DNA of 64,000 nucleotides, taken from assembly GCF_009914755.1 (NCBI RefSeq), contig NC_060940.1. The stretch is one strand, 5' to 3'. Both the position numbers and the translations under genes were made by a program. Of the stretch, positions 57,073 to 64,000 are shown piece after piece. Numbering within the stretch: the stretch's first letter is position 1; each line of letters begins with the position of its first letter. The notes under the pieces are model-generated. The model saw only the letters and a program-made list of their open reading frames with translations, was not told the origin of the DNA and searched no databases. The DNA comes from the human T2T-CHM13v2.0 reference genome, Homo sapiens.

Positions 57073-57237
57073 CAGTGTTTCTCAAGCTTTTAGTGAGCAC
57101 AGGGATCTTTCCAGGAATCTTCCTACAATGCATATTCTGTTTCGTAGGTCTGGGTGGAGCCTGAGATTCGGCACTTCTAATAAGCTTTCAGGTGTTGTTC
57201 CTGATGCCGGTTCGTGCACCAGAATATGAACAGCAAT
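57073..57237. mobile_element. MER5A/MER5A1
   Basis: cagtgtttctcaagc...gtaggtctgggtggagcctgagattc...ttctaataagct...caggtg. Confidence 0.8.
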
Positions 57238-57361
57238 ATTTTATAGGGTGTTAAGCAACAGAAATGTATTTGTACGTGGATGTCTCTGCAATAGAATTGC
57301 ATCCAGAGGAGAAATGAAATAGCTTACAATTATGGATGAATTGTGTAGGTATTCATATAGA

Positions 57362-57566
57362 ATAGCTAACATAAATGGAGCCATGCGTGTATTATTTAAC
57401 ACTCACAACAGTATAGATAGACACAGTGCTTATCTCCATGACAGAGTTGAGGGGCTGTAAGCTTACAGATGTTTAGTGATGTGATCGAGTTGCTGAGCTA
57501 ACACTCAGTGGAGTTTGAACCCAGGCAGTATGATTTCAGAGACCACGCTGAAGTATCTGTACTGCT
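57362..57566 (-). mobile_element. MIR
   Basis: gagtttgaacccaggcagtatgatttcagag. Confidence 0.7.
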
Positions 57567-57969
57567 CATGGACTGTTGCCCTGAAATGCAGTTTATTTGT
57601 CTGAAGTGTAATGTCTGGAGTTTTTTGCATCTTCATCATTATAAACCTCTTACAAATATTAATTGAGTTCCTTAGGCCATTCCTTAAGGTTTTATAGCAG
57701 ATAAGAGAAGATAATGTGGTTCCAACTGAAGACCACCAAATAGTGCTCACTGGTAGCTGAAATTCAGGAAATGATTTACATATCCAGCAGGAGTGATTTT
57801 CTTTATATATAGAAAAATATATTTAAATTGAGTTAAATCATTATCTGTAGTAATTATAGCTGAATGGAAGAACCGGCCTAAAGAGCAAGATTTTTTTTTT
57901 TAATAAAAAGGATATCCTAGGAACTCTACAGTGATTTGCAGATTAATTCTATCTTTGTTTATATTTCTA

Positions 57970-58670
<701 letters not shown>

Positions 58671-59159
58671 CTCACTAACTTTTGACGACTGAATGTGTTT
58701 GCCTTTTTCCAGCTGTTGGTTGGTTTTTTTCATGGCTTCTTCCAGGGCCTCTGTCTTGTTTGCTAATATGCGGTTCTTTGTCCTGTATCCATTCAGTAGC
58801 CAATGTAAAATGATGCCAAACTTACTATTTTAGATTGAAGGGATTAGCTCCTCTTTCCAGTGATTTTACCATTGTCTGTTCTTAGCTGGTGCCAGGTTGG
58901 AAAGGGAAGAGTTGTTGGTTGGTTGGTTGGTGTTTTTACCTCCAGGTACTGTGTCATTCCAATGTTATTTTTACTGTCTCATGTGGAGTGTCCTATATGA
59001 TTTGAATAAAAGTCCCACTCCATTGCTGTCTCTGCAAGGCTGACTCCTTTGACCCTGGCAGAAAGAACAGTTGATGATATTTGGTGAAAAAAAAAAAAAG
59101 AAAATTTGCCCATGGTATGACTGTTCTTCTCCTTGGCGGGAAACTTCTACTTGAATCAT

Positions 59160-59396
59160 TGTGCAGTATGATGGAGGCACTTATAGGTTTAAACCCTAAT
59201 TATGCCACTTGGTAGTGTGTATAAGCATGGGCAGGTCCTTCAATTTCCTTGTGCCTCTGTTTTCCCAAATAAATCATGGAATAGTACTTACAGAAATGGC
59301 TAATGATTAAATAAGATAATGCAGGAAAGCATTTAGCGTAGCATCTGGCACACAGCAGCACTCCACATCAACCCTGGCTGTTATTGTATTATTATC
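59160..59396 (+). mobile_element. MIR
   Basis: tgtgcctctgttttcc...gattaaataagataatgcaggaaagcatttagc...tctggcacacag. Confidence 0.8.
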
Positions 59397-59479
59397 ATGG
59401 TTACTTCTGTCCTAGTTTTTACTCTATTACATAGTTTGGGTCTATTTGCACAATATACTTCTTTAAAACACCCACGTAC

Positions 59480-59805
<326 letters not shown>

Positions 59806-60296
59806 TTAGAATTATCTCATTGTCTTCCTACAAGCTGTCTTTTTGCTTCTGCATGAACTTTTAAACCTTCTCCACCAAGGCAAGGTAACTTTAAATGGTT
59901 TACCCCACAGATAGCCAGCCAATGAAAAAATTACCAATGTCTTAACAGAAAGGAACTTTGTTACTTTCAGGTATACACAGCAACCCTGCAGTTCAACAGT
60001 CTCTGTCCTGGGTAGGGCCTCACGTGACTTGACTTTGATGAAATAGAGAAGCAGGCTGCTCTCTGTCAGTTGAAGAACCCAAGTTTTTAGCATAATGACC
60101 TGATTCTGTATGTGGCTTGGGGAATCCTATTTGTGAATCTGAGGTCTATCTTTATGTTAATGATTCTTCATTACTTTAACATTCTTGAAAGTAGGTTTTG
60201 GCCTTAGAATTTGTGCAATTCTCCCTCAATTGTTCTTTATTCCTAGATAGCCATCATATAAGCTGGCTGGCTGTAAAAAAAAAAAAACTCAACTCA

Positions 60297-60602
<306 letters not shown>

Positions 60603-61278
60603 TCAAGTCAGTCTCTGTACATACGTTTCAAGAATGCCTAATCTGTGGTGTCTGTGTTGACAAATTCTTATACAATGCTTTAAACATATTCAGATTTTAA
60701 ATTTTATTAACTTACCTAATTATTCACTTAAAGTAACTCTTTAAAAAGACTGGCTTATCTTACTCTAGCTGTACTTTTTTTTGCTAGTGAAACTACCAGT
60801 GGATTACTTTATCTCAGATTGTATTCATCATATTTCTCCATTATAAATCCGTTAAAATGTCGTTTCTCTGACTTCTTGGAGTTGAGGTCTGGGATTATCT
60901 GCTATCAGAGGAAATTCCTGCCAGAACCCCCTAGACATTTCCACATTGCAAAGCAGCACGAAGAGCAAGCATGAGTGAATCAAGTTCTTATATAAAGAGG
61001 GATCCTAGGATAATGCTACTTTTAGAGATGGAAAAGCTCTAAGATATTTCCAAGTAAAAGAAACCTGTGTTTCAGAGAGGGAAAATAACCTGAGTGTTCA
61101 CAGTGAGTTGGTAGTAGGACACAGATGAGAACTCTTTCATTCTATGCGGTAATGGCTCTAGGTCCTCCTGTCTTAGGCTCTGAAGGGAGACAGACTGTAG
61201 TCTCTCCTGGAATAGCCCGGGAAGGAACTTTGACATGAAGATATTCAACCTCCCAATGGTAGAAATAGGTGACTCTGG

Positions 61279-61830
61279 CATTCATTCATTCATGTAACAA
61301 GTATTTATGGAGCACTTACCCAATGCCAGACACTGTTCTAAACAGAGGTTATGGCAGTGAGCAGCACTGGACAGTTCCCTGCTCACATGGAGTTGGTCAC
61401 AGTGCAGGGATCAGACAGTGAATAGGTAAGTCAGTGATCTGCCGAGAAAGATGACAACAGTGTCACATCAGGGTGACGTAGTAGTACCTGAGATAGGGCA
61501 TAGTGAATGGAATATTTTTTCTAAGCGCAATGGAAAGTCACTGTAGAGTTTTAAATAGAGGAGGGATAGGATATGACTTATGTTTTAAAAATCTCAGTGA
61601 CACCTAGGTGGAAATTTAATTGTAGGAAGAGCAAGAATATCAATTCTGGGCAAATGCTGTAGGTCAGCGATGATGGTAGCTGCTAAGATAGTAGCTGTGG
61701 GCAGGAGCTAATGATAGAGGAAGGATACTGGACATAAATATGAGGACTGGACCCTAGACTTAGTGGAAGAGGTGAGCGAAAAAGACTTACAAACAACTTT
61801 AATGGTTCAGCTTGAGCATCTGAACAGATT
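61279..61830 (-). mobile_element. L2
   Basis: cattcattcattcatgtaacaagtatttatggagcacttac...gccagacactgttcta...gcaatggaaagtcactgtagagttttaa. Confidence 0.85.
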
Positions 61831-61908
61831 AACCCAAAGAGTTTACATCAGGCTCTGTGCAGCAGGTAGTGTTCACTGCTTTAGTGTTCATTGATTTACA
61901 TCTCCCCC

Positions 61909-62187
61909 TTTTTTTTTTTAATTAAAGAGATTAGGTCTCACTCTGTCACCCTTGCTGGAGTGCAGTAGAATGATCATAGCTCACTGCAGCCTCAAACCTC
62001 CCATCTCAGCCTCCCGAGTAGCTGGGACTACAGGTGTGCACCATCACACAGAGATAACTTTTTTTTCTTTAGAGACAGGCTATTGCTATGTTGCCCAGCC
62101 TTGTCTCAAACTCCTGGCCTCAAGTGATCTTCCTGCGTCTGCCTCTCAAAGTGCTGGGATTACAGGTGTGAGCTACTTTGCCCCACC
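61909..62187 (-). mobile_element. AluJ
   Basis: gatcatagctcactgcagcctc and ttgctatgttgcccag. Confidence 0.92.
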
Positions 62188-62443
62188 AACATCTATTTTA
62201 AAAATAATCTTGAGATCTATAAGCCATTCCTGACCAGAGGTCAGATACTTATCTGTTTCTTTTCTCTTTCTTGAGTAGCACCTCAAACAGGGCTGGATTG
62301 TGGGGTGTTCTAAATGCAGGGGTGAGGCAGGTGTACTGGAGGGTTTTACCCCATGTGTGCTTTCCTCTGAGCTCAACAACTGCAGCTAAGAAAGGTGTCT
62401 CAGTGGATAATCGCATGATCCACTGCCCTGTGTGGGACCATAG

Positions 62444-62762
<319 letters not shown>

Positions 62763-64000
62763 GGGACCACAGTCTTAAGACGCTGGCTCTGCCTTCCTGG
62801 GTGCCACAGTTACCATCTTTTGTAAGTCTGTAAACTTCATTGGCCTGGCATTGACTTCCTCTGGGTACATTAGTGGGGACCACACAGTGCTGAGTCACAG
62901 TTAGAAGGGGCGTCTGTCTTCACAGTGCGGCATCACTCTTATCCTGGATGCCCTACTCTTTATCATTCCTCCTCCTCTCACTCTCCGTCCCCAGGGCCAC
63001 ACTATCGTTTGGCAGTAATCACATCCAAGCCAATTTTGATCAATAGTTTTGTTCATTTCAAATGGAAATAAGCTCCGTGTTTAGCAGATAAGGAGAGTTA
63101 CACTCAAAATGTGGCACATTTGTACCCCATCCCTTAGGTGGAACATGGCAGGATTCTTCAGGAGGGAAGAGGATGCACTAGGCTTAATGTTTAACATTCT
63201 TTGGATGGCGTCTCCTCCATGCCACCGTTAGCTGTGAGCTCAGCAACTCTGGGAATTGGAACAGTTGCCCCTCCTTGAGACTCTTTACTGCTTGTGACTT
63301 GACACAATGGAAGGGCAGATTTCCACTGAGTCTCTACTCGGTGGCTTCTCAAAGACTTCCACTGAGACTCTGCGCACCTTTATTGGGTTGGCCTGATTCA
63401 AGCCTGCTTGCAGAGGCATTTTCTTTCTTGACTCTGACATGTGGCTCAGTTTGGGAACCCACTTGTTCCCTCTCTGAGATCTTTCCGCCTGCATTTTGGG
63501 CTTTGCGCTTTTTATACCTTACTGTGGCTCCAAGAAGGCCTTTACTGCTGCTTTGGGTTGTTTTGCTGTTGTTTTGTTTTCCACTTAGATGCCCTCCCGG
63601 TCTGGAAGATTTTTGCCTGGTTGGAAAGAGGCACCTTGGCAGGGGAGGAGAGAGGAGAACCTACGGGATTATGTGGAAGTCTTTCCCCGAGGTTCACACC
63701 GAAGCATCTTAGAAGGGTTAGAATCTCTTTCTAAACACTTAGTAAGACACGTTTTCTGAAGTGTCACTACAGAGTCTACCCTGGCAGAAGAAGCCACATC
63801 TTTCCAGATACACCTGCATGAAAAAAACCAAAAGAAGAAGAAGGGGAACCCAGGAAGGATAACACGAGATAGAAAGGCCATCTTGGCATTTGGGGAATAA
63901 AAAGTATAAGGGCATTTTGCTTTTAAATCTAAGAAAGGTATAAAGAGGAGAAATGTTGAAAAGCACCTTGTCTCTGGTTTCTTATGTTTGCCAAATATTA

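Noticed and set aside
63275-63966. Processed pseudogene at the window end
   Set aside because: No recognisable protein in the frames I read, and no poly(A) or TSD

Overview
This is primate genomic DNA, probably human or another hominoid: about 20 Alus including AluY, a young L1PA 3' end, THE1 and MADE1. A ~1.1 kb CpG-island promoter at ~2930-4040 contains a plausible first exon on the + strand ending at a strong donor (CAG|GTAAGG, 3529/3530). It is followed by what looks like >60 kb of first intron filled with SINE, LINE, LTR and DNA-transposon fossils and microsatellites. I do not recognise the gene. I see no convincing protein-coding exon, RNA gene, CRISPR array or prokaryotic element; nearly all tracked ORFs are explained by GC richness, Alu/L1 remnants or simple repeats. 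I found no clear new biological system. The best second-look items are: a 15-codon phase-0 start in exon 1 plus two phase-compatible 153-nt candidate exons; a recursive-splice-like site; a MADE1 hairpin; closely spaced inverted Alus; a ~280 bp locally templated insertion with inferable direction; two twin-primed L1s; a four-layer TE nest; a recurring set of fold-back/template-switch footprints; and an extended NRF2-type ARE. Repeat subfamily calls and boundaries were made by eye from remembered consensus sequences and are approximate.
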